A DNA stretch of 64,000 nucleotides from an uncultured Clostridia bacterium (GCA_947627455.1 CANQWC010000006.1:21714-85713), one strand, 5' to 3'; shown: positions 1-9,764, numbered from the stretch's first letter. Notes: a model not told the origin generated them from the letters alone. Numbers and translations are program-made.

Positions 1-471
1 TCGCTGATCGAAAAGGCTCAGAACACCATCGACGAGCGCGAGGCCGAGCGCCTTGCCGATAAAATGCAGAGCGGCGGCTTCGACCTCAACGACCTTCTCG
101 ACCAGATGCGCCAGATAAAGAAGATGGGCTCGCTGAAATCCCTGCTCTCGATGCTCCCCGGGGCGAATAAAATCGACGACAGTCAGATAGATGAAAAACA
201 GGTCCCGAGGACCGAGGCGATGATCCTCTCGATGACCCCTGCCGAGCGCGCAAAGCCCTCGCTGATAAACCCCTCGCGAAAGCGCAGAATCGCAGCGGGC
301 AGCGGCACACGGGTCGAGGACGTCAACAGGCTTTTGAAGCAATATGAGCAGATGCAGAAGCTTATGAAGCAGATGGGCATCACGGGCTCGGGAAGAAACG
401 GCAAGGGCAAGCGCAAGAAGATGCCCGCTATCCCGAAGGAATTCTTACAGAATTTCAACAACATTAAGTAA
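1..471 (+). CDS. ffh: Signal recognition particle protein Ffh, C-terminal M-domain fragment (5' end outside the window)
   Basis: Frame 1 is open from nt 1 ([45 protein letters not shown]...). It has a Met-rich M domain and a basic tail. It lies directly upstream of rpsP, as in the canonical ffh-rpsP arrangement. Confidence 0.85.
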   Translation, partial: SLIEKAQNTIDEREAERLADKMQSGGFDLNDLLDQMRQIKKMGSLKSLLSMLPGANKIDDSQIDEKQVPRTEAMILSMTPAERAKPSLINPSRKRRIAAGSGTRVEDVNRLLKQYEQMQKLMKQMGITGSGRNGKGKRKKMPAIPKEFLQNFNNIK

Positions 472-547
472 GTTATGACCGCGCCAACGCGCAAAGTCTT
501 AAACTTGATATCTGACTTTACAATCACTTTCAGGAGGTGAAAATAAC

Positions 548-790
548 ATGGCAGTTAAGATCCGACTCAGAAGGATCGGTGCAAAGAAGGAACCCTTCTA
601 CCGCATTGTTGTCGCCGACTCGCGCTATCCCCGCGATGGCCGCTTCATCGAGGAAATAGGTTACTATGACCCCACCACCGACCCCGCAACTCTTAAGGCG
701 GACGCCGAAAAGGCCAAGAAGTGGATCGCGACGGGCGCTCAGCCTACCGACACCGTCAAGGCCCTCTTTAAAAAGAACGGCATACTCTAA
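548..790 (+). CDS. rpsP: 30S ribosomal protein S16
   Basis: 80 aa, [42 protein letters not shown] is the typical S16 N-terminus. A GGAGG RBS lies upstream. Confidence 0.95.
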   Translation: MAVKIRLRRIGAKKEPFYRIVVADSRYPRDGRFIEEIGYYDPTTDPATLKADAEKAKKWIATGAQPTDTVKALFKKNGIL

Positions 791-816
791 TAAGCAATCA
801 AGAAAGGATAACCAAA

Positions 817-1050
817 ATGACTGAACTTTTGAAAAACATCGCTGTCGGCCTTGTCGACGACAAAACCGCCGTTGAGGTCACTGTCGACGAGCCCAATGAA
901 GAGGGCGTTATCGTCTATCATCTCCACGTTGCCCCCGATGATATGGGCCGCGTGATCGGCAAGCAGGGAAGAATTGCCAAAGCAATCAGAACCCTCATGC
1001 GCTCTGCCGCCGCGAAGGTCAATCAGGAAATCATGGTTGAAATCGACTGA
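817..1050 (+). CDS. KH-domain RNA-binding protein (YlqC/UPF0109 family)
   Basis: 77 aa with a GRVIGKQGRIAKAIRTLMR KH motif. It sits in the conserved position between rpsP and rimM. Confidence 0.85.
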   Translation: MTELLKNIAVGLVDDKTAVEVTVDEPNEEGVIVYHLHVAPDDMGRVIGKQGRIAKAIRTLMRSAAAKVNQEIMVEID

Positions 1051-1063
1051 TTTAAAAAGAGTC

Positions 1064-1090
1064 AAGAGGCCGCTTCGGCCTCTTTTCTTT
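1064..1090 (+). terminator. Intrinsic terminator-like hairpin after the KH-protein gene
   Basis: aagaggccg-ctt-cggcctctt (9-bp stem) followed by a T-rich run. Confidence 0.55.
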
Positions 1091-1104
1091 CGACGGAGTT
1101 TACT

Positions 1105-1611
1105 ATGAAAAAATATCTCGATATCGCAAAAATAGTCTCGGTCCACGGTCTTCGCGGCGAGGTCAACGCTCAGGTTCTGGGCGATTCTTCAAGCCAGCTT
1201 CGGGGCATAAAGCGGCTCTATTCCGAAAGCGGCAACCGCGTCTATGAGGTCGAGCGCTGCCGTCCAAAGGGCGAGGCCATGGCGATAATCAAAATCAAGG
1301 GCGCCGACACCCCCGAGGCTGCCGAAGCGCTGAGAAATACCGTTCTCTTCGCCGACCGCGATGATCTTTCCCTTCCGAGCGGCACCTATTTCATCGCCGA
1401 CCTGCTCGGAATGGAGGTCTTTGACGAGGCCGAGAATTCCTACGGCGTGATAACCGACGTCCTCAGAACGGGCGCGAACGACGTCTACGAGATCACCAAG
1501 GGCGGAAAAAAATACTACATTCCCGCCGTCCCCGCGGTGGTTTTAAAAACCGAGCCCGAGGCCGCAAGAATGACCGTCTTTCCAATGGAGGGGCTTTTTG
1601 ATGAGAATTGA
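1105..1611 (+). CDS. rimM: 16S rRNA processing protein RimM
   Basis: 168 aa. The N-terminus IAKIVSVHGLRGEV and a PRC-barrel-like C-terminus fit RimM. It overlaps the trmD start. Confidence 0.9.
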   Translation: MKKYLDIAKIVSVHGLRGEVNAQVLGDSSSQLRGIKRLYSESGNRVYEVERCRPKGEAMAIIKIKGADTPEAAEALRNTVLFADRDDLSLPSGTYFIADLLGMEVFDEAENSYGVITDVLRTGANDVYEITKGGKKYYIPAVPAVVLKTEPEAARMTVFPMEGLFDEN

Positions 1612-2359
1612 CATCGCAACGCTTTTCCCCGATATCTGCGAGACCTACCTCGGTCAGAGCATCGTCGGCAGGGCCCGAAACAAGGGCATTTTCGAGCTCT
1701 ACTGCCACCAGATCCGCGACTACGCCTTCGACAAGCACCACCGCGTCGACGACGCCCCCTATTCCGAGCGCCAGGGAATGCTTCTTCTTGCCGAGCCGAT
1801 CTGGCAGTGCTACAAAGCCGTCGTCGGCGAGCGCAAGCCCCACGTCATCTACATGTCCCCCCGCGGCAAGACCCTCGACCAGCAGAAGCTCAAAGAGCTT
1901 GCCGAGGCAAAGGAGGACCTCTTTATCCTCTGCGGCCACTACGAGGGCGTCGACCAGCGTGTTCTCGACAAGCTTGAGGCTGAGGAAATATCAATCGGCG
2001 ATTTTGTGCTGACGGGCGGCGAGCTCCCCGCGATGATACTTGCCGACGGCGTTGTGCGGCTTCTTGACGGCACCCTCTCTCAGGAGGACTGCTTTGTCGA
2101 CGAAAGCCATTACAGCGGCCTTCTCGAATATCCCCAGTACACAAAGCCCCAAGTCTGGGAGGGCATGAGCGTGCCCGATATCCTTGTTTCGGGGCATCAT
2201 GCCAATATTTTGAAGTGGCGGCGTCAGAAGTCCCTTGAAGAGACATATCTTCGCCGGCCCGAGCTCCTTGAGACCGCCCCTCTTGACGACGCCGACAAAG
2301 CGTATCTCTCCGAAATCAGGGCCAAGTATGAGGATTTGCCCGAGTTTCTTAACAAATAA
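1598..2359 (+). CDS. trmD: tRNA (guanine37-N1)-methyltransferase TrmD
   Basis: TrmD motifs are present: YMSPRGKTLDQ, LCGHYEGVDQRV, ISIGDFVLTGGELPAMILADGVVRLL, LLEYPQYTKP, SGHHANILKWR. The usual PYGGGxGM loop reads PYSERQGM (see findings). Confidence 0.93.
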   Translation: MMRIDIATLFPDICETYLGQSIVGRARNKGIFELYCHQIRDYAFDKHHRVDDAPYSERQGMLLLAEPIWQCYKAVVGERKPHVIYMSPRGKTLDQQKLKELAEAKEDLFILCGHYEGVDQRVLDKLEAEEISIGDFVLTGGELPAMILADGVVRLLDGTLSQEDCFVDESHYSGLLEYPQYTKPQVWEGMSVPDILVSGHHANILKWRRQKSLEETYLRRPELLETAPLDDADKAYLSEIRAKYEDLPEFLNK

Positions 2360-2499
2360 TCAGATTTCCTTTGTTTAATGTGCACTCATTTTATAAAAAC
2401 TATTTAGCAAAGTGCACAATTTCACGGCTTGAGATTTGGCAGAGCCTCGGCAAATGGCAGAAATTTTGGCTAAAAGGCGGATTTAGTTAGATTTGTCCG

Positions 2500-2528
2500 T
2501 TGACTAATCGCGACGAGATTTGTATACT
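2500..2528 (+). promoter_or_regulatory. Candidate sigma-A promoter for ptsH
   Basis: TTGACT (2500-2505), 17-nt spacer, TATACT (2523-2528). Confidence 0.4.
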
Positions 2529-2583
2529 AACAGCATAGAACCGAATAAGTCAAACCAAAAACAATTGAAACGGAGAGTATGTC

Positions 2584-2856
2584 ATGTTCGTAAAAGATGT
2601 AGTCGTCAAGAATCAGATCGGCCTTCACGCCCGCCCTGCCACCTTCTTTATCCAGAAAGCAAATGAGTTCAAATCCTCAATCTGGGTCGAGAAAGAAGAG
2701 CGCCGCGTCAACGGCAAGAGCCTCCTCGGGGTCCTTTCGCTCGGAATCATCGGAGGAACAGGCATCCGCATCATAGCAGACGGAACCGACGAAGAAGAAG
2801 CGGTTTCAAGCCTCGTTTCCCTTGTTGACAGCGAATTCGCAGAAGAAGCAAGATAA
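2584..2856 (+). CDS. ptsH: Phosphocarrier protein HPr
   Basis: 90 aa. His15 lies in GLHARPA and Ser46 in NGKSLLGV, so both phosphorylation sites are present. Confidence 0.9.
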   Translation: MFVKDVVVKNQIGLHARPATFFIQKANEFKSSIWVEKEERRVNGKSLLGVLSLGIIGGTGIRIIADGTDEEEAVSSLVSLVDSEFAEEAR

Positions 2857-2881
2857 GATTCTTTCGACAAACCAAAATCCG

Positions 2882-2920
2882 AAAGCGGCTCTGCTTTTTG
2901 GCGGGGCCGCTTTATTTTTG
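2882..2920 (+). terminator. Intrinsic terminator after ptsH
   Basis: aaagcggc...gccgcttt stem followed by atttttg. Confidence 0.6.
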
Positions 2921-3140
2921 TTCATTTTACCATATTAACCGCCGCTTTTTTCCGTTAAAATTTATGCCTTGGTGATTCTGTATAAAAATGGGCAGATTTT
3001 TTCGTCGTATTCACACTTTATTAACACATAAGGGAAAAAATAATGATATAATCTTTAAGAATGAATAAATAGCGCGTTTTAACGGCGTTTTTGTCATCAC
3101 GAGAACGAACCAACCAATATTTATTGAAGGAGAAAGAACT

Positions 3141-4226
3141 ATGCCTAACAGATTTTTCCAGGGTATCGTACATCAGATGAGCGAGACAGTCGGTTGTGAG
3201 ATCGGCGTCGTCGACGAAGGTGCGGTCGTTGTCGCCTGCAGCGACCTTGCCAAAATAGGTACCGCAAACGAATTTGTGTCGTTGGACCTCAACGAGACCT
3301 TCGACTATTTCGTCCGCGACGGCTATACCTACAAGCCCTTCGGCGTCAAGGCAAAGAACGAATACGCCGTTTTTGTCGAGGGAACGGACGAGTCCGCCTA
3401 CAAGACCGCCTCGATGCTCTGCGTCTCCCTTGCGAACCTCCAGCAATTCTACGATGAAAAATACGACCGCACCAACTTTGTCAAAAACGTCGTGCTCGAC
3501 AATATCCTCCCGGGCGATATAATGATCAAGGCCCGCGAGCTTCACTTCAACAATGAGGCTCACCGCGTCGTCCTTCTTATCAGAATCGTCTCGGCCAACG
3601 ATGTCTCCGCGTTCGATGTTATCCAGAACCTCTTCCCCGACAAGAACAAGGACTTCGTATTCACCACCTCCGAGACGGATATCGTTCTTATCAAAGAGAC
3701 CCGCCCGAATATCGAGTCCGCCGACCTTGAAAAGCTTGCCTTCTCGATCGCCGACACCCTTTCGAGCGAGTTCTACACCCGCGTCAACGTCGGCATCGGC
3801 ACCGTTGTCGATTCCGTCCGCGCCCTCGCGGTGTCCTTCAAAGAGGCTCAGATCGCCCTCGAAGTCGGAAAGGTGTTCGACACCGACAAGACCATCGTCA
3901 GCTATGAAAACCTCGGCATCGCAAGGCTCATCTACCACCTTCCGACGACCCTTTGCGAGACCTTCTTAAAGGAAGTCTTCAAGAAAGGCTCCATCGAATC
4001 CCTCGATCAGGAGACGCTGTTCACAATCCAGAAATTCTTCGAGAACAACCTCAACGTCTCCGAGACGTCGAGGAAGCTCTTTGTCCATAGAAACACTCTC
4101 GTCTACCGTCTCGAGAAAATCAAGAAGCTCACGGGTCTTGATCTTCGCGAGTTTGACCACGCGATAATCTTCAAGATTGCCCTGATGGTCAAAAAATATC
4201 TTTCTTCCGAGCCAACCAAATACTGA
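3141..4226 (+). CDS. PucR/CdaR-family transcriptional regulator
   Basis: 361 aa. The C-terminal HTH NLNVSETSRKLFVHRNTLVYRLEKIKKLTGLDLREF is typical of the PucR C-terminal domain. Confidence 0.75.
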   Translation: MPNRFFQGIVHQMSETVGCEIGVVDEGAVVVACSDLAKIGTANEFVSLDLNETFDYFVRDGYTYKPFGVKAKNEYAVFVEGTDESAYKTASMLCVSLANLQQFYDEKYDRTNFVKNVVLDNILPGDIMIKARELHFNNEAHRVVLLIRIVSANDVSAFDVIQNLFPDKNKDFVFTTSETDIVLIKETRPNIESADLEKLAFSIADTLSSEFYTRVNVGIGTVVDSVRALAVSFKEAQIALEVGKVFDTDKTIVSYENLGIARLIYHLPTTLCETFLKEVFKKGSIESLDQETLFTIQKFFENNLNVSETSRKLFVHRNTLVYRLEKIKKLTGLDLREFDHAIIFKIALMVKKYLSSEPTKY

Positions 4227-4257
4227 TCCCCCGAACCCGAAAGGAGTTTCTTTCCTA

Positions 4258-4944
4258 ATGGTTGAATTTCGCAATGTCTCATATACATACCCCAACGGCC
4301 AGCAGGCGCTGAACCGCATCAACCTCAAGATCGAAGACAACGAGTTTGTCTTCGTCGTCGGCGCAAACGGCGCGGGAAAGTCGACGCTTATAAAGCTTCT
4401 TCTCCGCGAACTCAACGCCACCGAGGGCGAGGTCATCGTCAACGGCTTCAACCTCACCAAAATGAAACAGCGGAAGGTCCCGAAGCTTCGCCGAACCATC
4501 GGCGTCGTTTTTCAGGACTTCCGCCTCATTCCGAACATGACGGTATATGACAATGTCGCCTTCGCACTGAGAGTTATCGACGCTCCGACAAAATACATCA
4601 GGGCGAGGGTGCCTTATGTCATAAGCCTTGTCGGCCTTACCGCAAAGGCAAAAAGCTATCCGAACGACCTCTCGGGCGGCGAACAGCAAAGGGTCGCCCT
4701 TGCGAGGGCTTTGGTCAACGACCCCCAGCTCATCATCGCCGACGAACCGACGGGCAACGTCGACCCTGCCCGAAGCTTTGAGATAGTCGACCTCTTGAAA
4801 GCGATAAATTCCTGCGGCACGACCGTTTTAATGGTCACTCACCAGCACGACCTTGTGCGCTATTTCGGCGGCCGAATCATAAACATCAACACGGGCGCCG
4901 TCGTCTTTGACGAGATAATAGGAGGCGCTGATGAGGCTCAATAG
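4258..4944 (+). CDS. ftsE: Cell-division ABC ATPase FtsE
   Basis: Walker A GANGAGKST, signature LSGGEQQRV, Walker B LIIADEPTG. It overlaps the downstream ftsX. Confidence 0.92.
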   Translation: MVEFRNVSYTYPNGQQALNRINLKIEDNEFVFVVGANGAGKSTLIKLLLRELNATEGEVIVNGFNLTKMKQRKVPKLRRTIGVVFQDFRLIPNMTVYDNVAFALRVIDAPTKYIRARVPYVISLVGLTAKAKSYPNDLSGGEQQRVALARALVNDPQLIIADEPTGNVDPARSFEIVDLLKAINSCGTTVLMVTHQHDLVRYFGGRIININTGAVVFDEIIGGADEAQ

Positions 4945-5836
4945 TTTTAAATACCTCGTAAAAGAGGGCTTTACGGGTCTTTGGTTCAACCGAGTGAACT
5001 CATTCGCCTCGCTCTGCATAATGACCATCTCTCTGCTGATGGTCGGCATCTCGGTTCTTTTGTCATACAACATCACCAACATGATCGGCGCGATTGAGAG
5101 CCGAAACGAGGTCATCGTCGTGATTCAGGACGGCGTGCCCGACAACAACGTCACCATTCTGGGCGAGCAGCTCAGCCGCAACCCGAATGTATTCGAGGTC
5201 AATTTTTATTCCCGCGATGAAGCCTGGGCAGGTATGCAGGAGGACATGACCGAGGACGAAAAGGCCCTCTTCCAGTACATGTCCAAAAACCCCCTGCCCG
5301 ATACATACAGAATCAGAGTAAGCGACATCTCCGAGCTTTCCGAGACGGTGGCGGAGATCGAGAAGCTCGAATTTGTCGAGATGGTCAAGTCGCCTAACGA
5401 CTTCGCCAATATCCTCATCGGCGTCAGAAACGTCAGCACGATCCTCTTCTCTGCCGTCACCCTTTCGCTGATAGTCGTCTGCTTCGTGATAATTTCCAAC
5501 TCCACAAGGGCGAGCGTCTATGCCCGCAGGCGCGAAATCAACATCATGAGATATGTCGGCGCGTCAAAGTCGTTCATCGAGATACCCTTCTTCGTCGAGG
5601 GCGTCGTAATCGGCATTCTCTCGGCGGGCATCGCATTTGGACTGACATGGTTTGCCTACACCGAAATATTCAAAATGTTCTCGACCGACGTCAACATGCT
5701 TTCAATATTCGGCCTCTCCGCGCTGATACCGTTTGAGGCGATAGCCGTCAAAACCGCCATCGCCTACGCTATCTTCGGAATTTTGCTCAGCGCCGTCGGA
5801 ACAGTCGTCTCGACCCGCAAGCACCTCAACGTTTAA
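4931..5836 (+). CDS. ftsX: Cell-division permease-like protein FtsX
   Basis: 301 aa. The topology is TM1, a large extracellular loop, then three C-terminal TM segments. It is coupled to ftsE. Confidence 0.9.
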   Translation: MRLNSFKYLVKEGFTGLWFNRVNSFASLCIMTISLLMVGISVLLSYNITNMIGAIESRNEVIVVIQDGVPDNNVTILGEQLSRNPNVFEVNFYSRDEAWAGMQEDMTEDEKALFQYMSKNPLPDTYRIRVSDISELSETVAEIEKLEFVEMVKSPNDFANILIGVRNVSTILFSAVTLSLIVVCFVIISNSTRASVYARRREINIMRYVGASKSFIEIPFFVEGVVIGILSAGIAFGLTWFAYTEIFKMFSTDVNMLSIFGLSALIPFEAIAVKTAIAYAIFGILLSAVGTVVSTRKHLNV

Positions 5837-5863
5837 GCCTATTTTTCGGGAAAGGAGCACATC

Positions 5864-7180
5864 TTGAAACCGAGAGTAATTTTCAAAAAATTTCTTGCGA
5901 CAGCGACTGCCTTTGCCGTCGCTTTTGCGATGATGACCTGTTTCACCGCCGATCTCACCGTTTCCGCCGATGAGCAGGACGAGCTTGAGCAGCGCCTCAA
6001 GGATAACAAGTCGAAGCAGGAAGAGCTTGACAAAAAGATAAGCTCCACCCGCGGCGACATCTCAAAGGAAAAGGAAAATCAGGAGGCCATCTCCGAACAG
6101 ATAGAGACCACCGAGGACTATATCCGCGACCTCACCGAGCTCATCAAGGGCTATGAGGATGACATCGAGGCCCTCGAGGGCGACATCGCCGCCCTGCAGG
6201 GCGACATCGAGATTCAGGAGACAAAGATCTCAAACAAGCGCGCCGAGATCGACCAGAACATCGCCCTTTATGAGAAGAGAATCCGCGCAATGTATCTTTC
6301 GGGCAACGATTCCGTCGCGTCGATAATCCTCGGCTCGACCGATTTCTTCGACATGCTCATGAAAATCGAGCTTGTAAAGCGCGTCGCCGACTATGACAAC
6401 CAGCTCATCGACTCGCTTTTGCAGATGAAATCCGAGTACGAGCAGTATCTTTTAGAGCTTGAAAACCAAAAGGCCGCCCTTCAGGAGACGGTCGAGATAA
6501 CCGACGGCAAGAAAAAAGACGTCGAGGCGAGAAAGGCCGAGTGGGACGCCGAGCTTGAAGAGCTCAACGACCTTTACGCCGAGTCCGAGAACGCCATCGA
6601 CGAGCTCGAGGCCCAGAAGCGCGCCTATCAGGAGGACAAGGAGGCCCTTGATAAGCTCGCCGACGAGCTCGAGGACCAGATTCAGGAGATAATCCGTCAA
6701 AAGGCCCGCGCCACATATATGGGCGATCTTGAAGAGGGCTCCTTCCTTTGGCCTCTCCCGGGGTATCACACGATAACCTCGGGCTACGGCGGCCGCTGGG
6801 GCACCACCCACAAGGGCATAGATATCTCGGGTTCCGACGTCATGGGCGCCGAGATAACCGCCGCCAACTCGGGCGAGGTAATATTCGTCTACAACGGCTG
6901 TTCCCATAACTACCGCAAGCCCAGCTCAAAAGACTGGTGCCACTGCGGGGGCGGCTTCGGCAACTACTGCATAATCGACCACGGCGGCGGATACCAGACC
7001 CTCTACGGCCACGCCACAAAGATCACCGTAAAAGAGGGCCAGAAGGTCAAAACGGGCGACGTCATCGGCACGGTCGGCACAACGGGCGACTCAACGGGCC
7101 CCCACCTTCACTTTGAGGTCAGGATCGACGGTGAAAGGGTCAACCCGCAGGGCTCAAGGGTAAACCTTATTCCATACTGA
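5864..7180 (+). CDS. Coiled-coil M23 (LytM-type) peptidoglycan endopeptidase, EnvC-like architecture
   Basis: TTG start after an AAAGGAG RBS. It has a signal/anchor, a long coiled coil, and a C-terminal M23 domain with intact HKGID (HxxxD) and GPHLHFEV (HxH) motifs. Confidence 0.85.
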   Translation: MKPRVIFKKFLATATAFAVAFAMMTCFTADLTVSADEQDELEQRLKDNKSKQEELDKKISSTRGDISKEKENQEAISEQIETTEDYIRDLTELIKGYEDDIEALEGDIAALQGDIEIQETKISNKRAEIDQNIALYEKRIRAMYLSGNDSVASIILGSTDFFDMLMKIELVKRVADYDNQLIDSLLQMKSEYEQYLLELENQKAALQETVEITDGKKKDVEARKAEWDAELEELNDLYAESENAIDELEAQKRAYQEDKEALDKLADELEDQIQEIIRQKARATYMGDLEEGSFLWPLPGYHTITSGYGGRWGTTHKGIDISGSDVMGAEITAANSGEVIFVYNGCSHNYRKPSSKDWCHCGGGFGNYCIIDHGGGYQTLYGHATKITVKEGQKVKTGDVIGTVGTTGDSTGPHLHFEVRIDGERVNPQGSRVNLIPY

Positions 7181-7192
7181 GGAAAGCTTTAA

Positions 7193-8395
7193 ATGAACCG
7201 AAAAATTCCCCTCGGCCTGACGATTGCCCTGATGGCGATCGCGGCGGCCATAACCTTTATAATCTCGACGAGCTATTCAATGGGCATTTTCAACGGTCTT
7301 GTCGCCGATGTTCAGCAGCGGGCCGAAATGTATCAGAAGCTTGAACAGATCGACGCCTATGTCCGCGCGTATTACGACGGCACCATCGACGAGGACAAAC
7401 TCATCGAGGCGCTCGCGAACGGCTATATCTCAATACTCGAAGACGCCGACGCCAAGTATTTAACCGCCCAGGATTACACCCTCTACCGCGAACACCTGAG
7501 CGGCACACACCTCGGCATCGGGGTCTATACCTACCCCGACGGCGGCTACCCTACTGTCAGCGAGGTTTTGGCGAACAGCCCCGCCTCGACCGCGGGCATC
7601 TCCGTCGGCGAGAGCATAATTGAAATAAACGGCCAGTCCGCCCTCGACCTCGGCTACTCCGCCGCGACCGAGCTTTTAAGAAGCCCCGCGGGCACCCAGC
7701 TCGAGCTCACGATCCGCTCGGGCGGCGTCGACAGAACCGCCGTCGTTTCAACGATTCAGATGACCGTCGGCACGGTGAGAACTGCGACCTACGGCTCACT
7801 CGGCTGCATAAAGATCACCGAGTTCAACGAAAAAACCTACCAACAGTTCATGGCGGCCTACTCGTCGCTCCAGTCTCAGGGCGTCAACGCGCTTCTTATC
7901 GACCTCAGAAACAATTCGGGCGAGCTCTTTGACTCCGCCGTGAATATCCTCGGTGCGCTTCTCCCCTCGGGGGCCGATGTCGCGATAAACATCGGCCGCG
8001 ACGGCGCCGAATCGGTCTATGAGACCGCCTCGGGCTCGCGAATGATAACCGTTCCGACCGCCGTGATAGTCAACTCCCGAACCAAAGGCCCTGCCGAGCT
8101 CTTCGCCGCGGTGCTGAAAGACGGCGTCGGCGCGTCGATCGTCGGCACCCAGACGGCGGGCGAGGGCGATTTCTTCGAGACCTACCCCCTCTACGACGGC
8201 TCGGCCATCGTCCTGCCGATATCAACCCTGCGCTCAACGAACATTGAAATCGAGGGCGTCGGCGTCAAGCCCGACTATGAAGCCCCCGTCGCGTTCGACG
8301 ACACCGACGAGGAGCTCGCCCTTCTTGACGAGACCACCGACCCCGCGCTGAAGCGAGCCATCGAGGTGCTGACAAGCCTCCTGCCTCCCGAATGA
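7193..8395 (+). CDS. S41 (C-terminal processing peptidase, Ctp-like) homologue with PDZ domain; catalytic dyad apparently absent
   Basis: It has an N-terminal TM segment, a PDZ-like segment (GIGVY...VSEVLANSPASTAGISVGESIIEINGQ) and an S41-like core ending GVGVKPDYE. The Ser and Lys motif positions read GPAE and TAGEG. Confidence 0.8.
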   Translation: MNRKIPLGLTIALMAIAAAITFIISTSYSMGIFNGLVADVQQRAEMYQKLEQIDAYVRAYYDGTIDEDKLIEALANGYISILEDADAKYLTAQDYTLYREHLSGTHLGIGVYTYPDGGYPTVSEVLANSPASTAGISVGESIIEINGQSALDLGYSAATELLRSPAGTQLELTIRSGGVDRTAVVSTIQMTVGTVRTATYGSLGCIKITEFNEKTYQQFMAAYSSLQSQGVNALLIDLRNNSGELFDSAVNILGALLPSGADVAINIGRDGAESVYETASGSRMITVPTAVIVNSRTKGPAELFAAVLKDGVGASIVGTQTAGEGDFFETYPLYDGSAIVLPISTLRSTNIEIEGVGVKPDYEAPVAFDDTDEELALLDETTDPALKRAIEVLTSLLPPE

Positions 8396-8398
8396 CAC

Positions 8399-8438
8399 AA
8401 AAATCCCCCGTGAGCAGCTCTCACGGGGTTAATTTTTT
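8399..8438 (+). terminator. Intrinsic terminator after the S41 homologue (copy 1 of a duplicated terminator)
   Basis: ccccgtgag-cagct-ctcacgggg followed by ttaatttttt. Confidence 0.7.
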
Positions 8439-8523
8439 CCGAAAAAGTTTTATAATAAATCGGAACCTTTTACTCAGAAAAAGGTACTTATTTGTCAGAG
8501 GACAGCAAAGGGGGTCGGTCGGT

Positions 8524-9075
8524 TTGGACGACGAGAAGATAGTCGGGCTTTATTTTGCGCGCGATGAGCTCGCACTTTCCGAGACGGAGGAAAAATACGG
8601 CCATCTCCTGAAGAGCATAGTCACCAAGGCGCTCGGAAGCGGCGCAGACGCCGATGAGTGCATGAGCGATATCTACCTCTCGCTATGGAGCAGTATACCG
8701 CCTGCCCGCCCCGAAAGCCTTCGGGCCTATGCCTGCGCAATCGCAAGAAACCTGTCCTTCAAAAAACTCAGCTACAATCTCGCAAAGAAGAGGAGCGCCG
8801 ACCTTTCGGTTTCATTCGACGAGCTTGAGGCCTCGCTCACGAATGACGCTTTCGCCGAGAGCATCAAAAAAATCGAGTTCCGCGAATTTTTCAACCGATT
8901 TTTGCAAAGCCTCCGAAAGGAATCCCGCGTGGTGTTTTTAAAGCGGTATTATTTTCTCGATTCAATTCCCGAGATAGCCGCCGACCTCAACATCACCGAG
9001 GGCAAGGTCAAATCGCTTTTGTTCCGCGCGAGGAAGAAATTCATTCATGAAATCAAGAAGGAGGAAAAGGCATGA
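8524..9075 (+). CDS. ECF-type RNA polymerase sigma-70 family factor
   Basis: Region 2/region 4-like sequence (..IYLSLWSSIP.., ..IPEIAADLNITEGKVKSLLFRARKKF). The preferred start is TTG 8524 after AAGGGGG. The track start at 8392 would read through the upstream terminator. Confidence 0.8.
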   Translation: MDDEKIVGLYFARDELALSETEEKYGHLLKSIVTKALGSGADADECMSDIYLSLWSSIPPARPESLRAYACAIARNLSFKKLSYNLAKKRSADLSVSFDELEASLTNDAFAESIKKIEFREFFNRFLQSLRKESRVVFLKRYYFLDSIPEIAADLNITEGKVKSLLFRARKKFIHEIKKEEKA

Positions 9076-9764
9076 AAAATGATTTTTTAGAGCAGGTTGG
9101 CACTGCCGATGAGAAATATATCGAAGAAGTGTTGGAATATAGAAGCAAAAAAATCACCGTCAGCAAAAAGAAGCTTATCGCGATAGCTCTCGCGGCCGCG
9201 CTCGGCATCTGCGCATTATCGATTCAGTCGATTGCCGCTCCCGAGGCCTTTGAAGACCCCGCGGTCTTAACCGACGAACCCGGCCGAATCAGCACGTTTA
9301 CCCCCTCAAAGCATGAAACTTCCTATCTTAAATATGACGTACCGTACGATTCAAGATATACCCGCATTGAAATGGATGAAAACTATCAGGCTGTTCTCGA
9401 TATTGATTCCGCCGAAAACTTTGCATTCAATTATCTTGAGGTTATCCGCCTGAACGACGACGAAGGCAAATTCAGCCTTGAAAGGGGCGACACCGTCAAC
9501 GTCCGAATTGAAATCGACCTTGAAGCCGAGGGCCTTGACGACGGCCCTGTCGAGGGTGCTCGCGAGGGTGTTCACCTCACGTTCGGCCGAGCGGTCGGCG
9601 ACCACCTGATCGAGATTGAAAACTTCCAACCCGACGACGATACCGACGGCGTTCTTGAATGCACCTACACCGCGCCGACAACAGGAGAGTATGAATTCTA
9701 TATCCAAAGCGGCGAAATCCCATGGGTTCATGTTAAGTCAATCTCCATCGAAAAAATCTCATAA
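9072..9764 (+). CDS. Single-pass membrane protein, putative cognate anti-sigma factor
   Basis: It overlaps the sigma stop by 4 nt. It has a short cytoplasmic N-terminus, one TM segment (LIAIALAAALGICALSI) and an extracytoplasmic domain. No recognised family motif, so the call rests on context. Confidence 0.5.
   Translation: MKNDFLEQVGTADEKYIEEVLEYRSKKITVSKKKLIAIALAAALGICALSIQSIAAPEAFEDPAVLTDEPGRISTFTPSKHETSYLKYDVPYDSRYTRIEMDENYQAVLDIDSAENFAFNYLEVIRLNDDEGKFSLERGDTVNVRIEIDLEAEGLDDGPVEGAREGVHLTFGRAVGDHLIEIENFQPDDDTDGVLECTYTAPTTGEYEFYIQSGEIPWVHVKSISIEKIS

Noticed and set aside
2360-2583. Absence of rplS after trmD (the canonical rpsP-rimM-trmD-rplS order) as a rearrangement.
   Set aside because: Gene order downstream of trmD varies among Firmicutes. 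Without the rest of the genome this cannot be called unusual.
3021-3938. 305-aa ORF antisense to the PucR-type regulator gene.
   Set aside because: It lies fully inside, and antisense to, a gene with clear family motifs. Its composition (D/G/V/E-rich, no motifs) is typical of shadow ORFs in high-G+C coding DNA.
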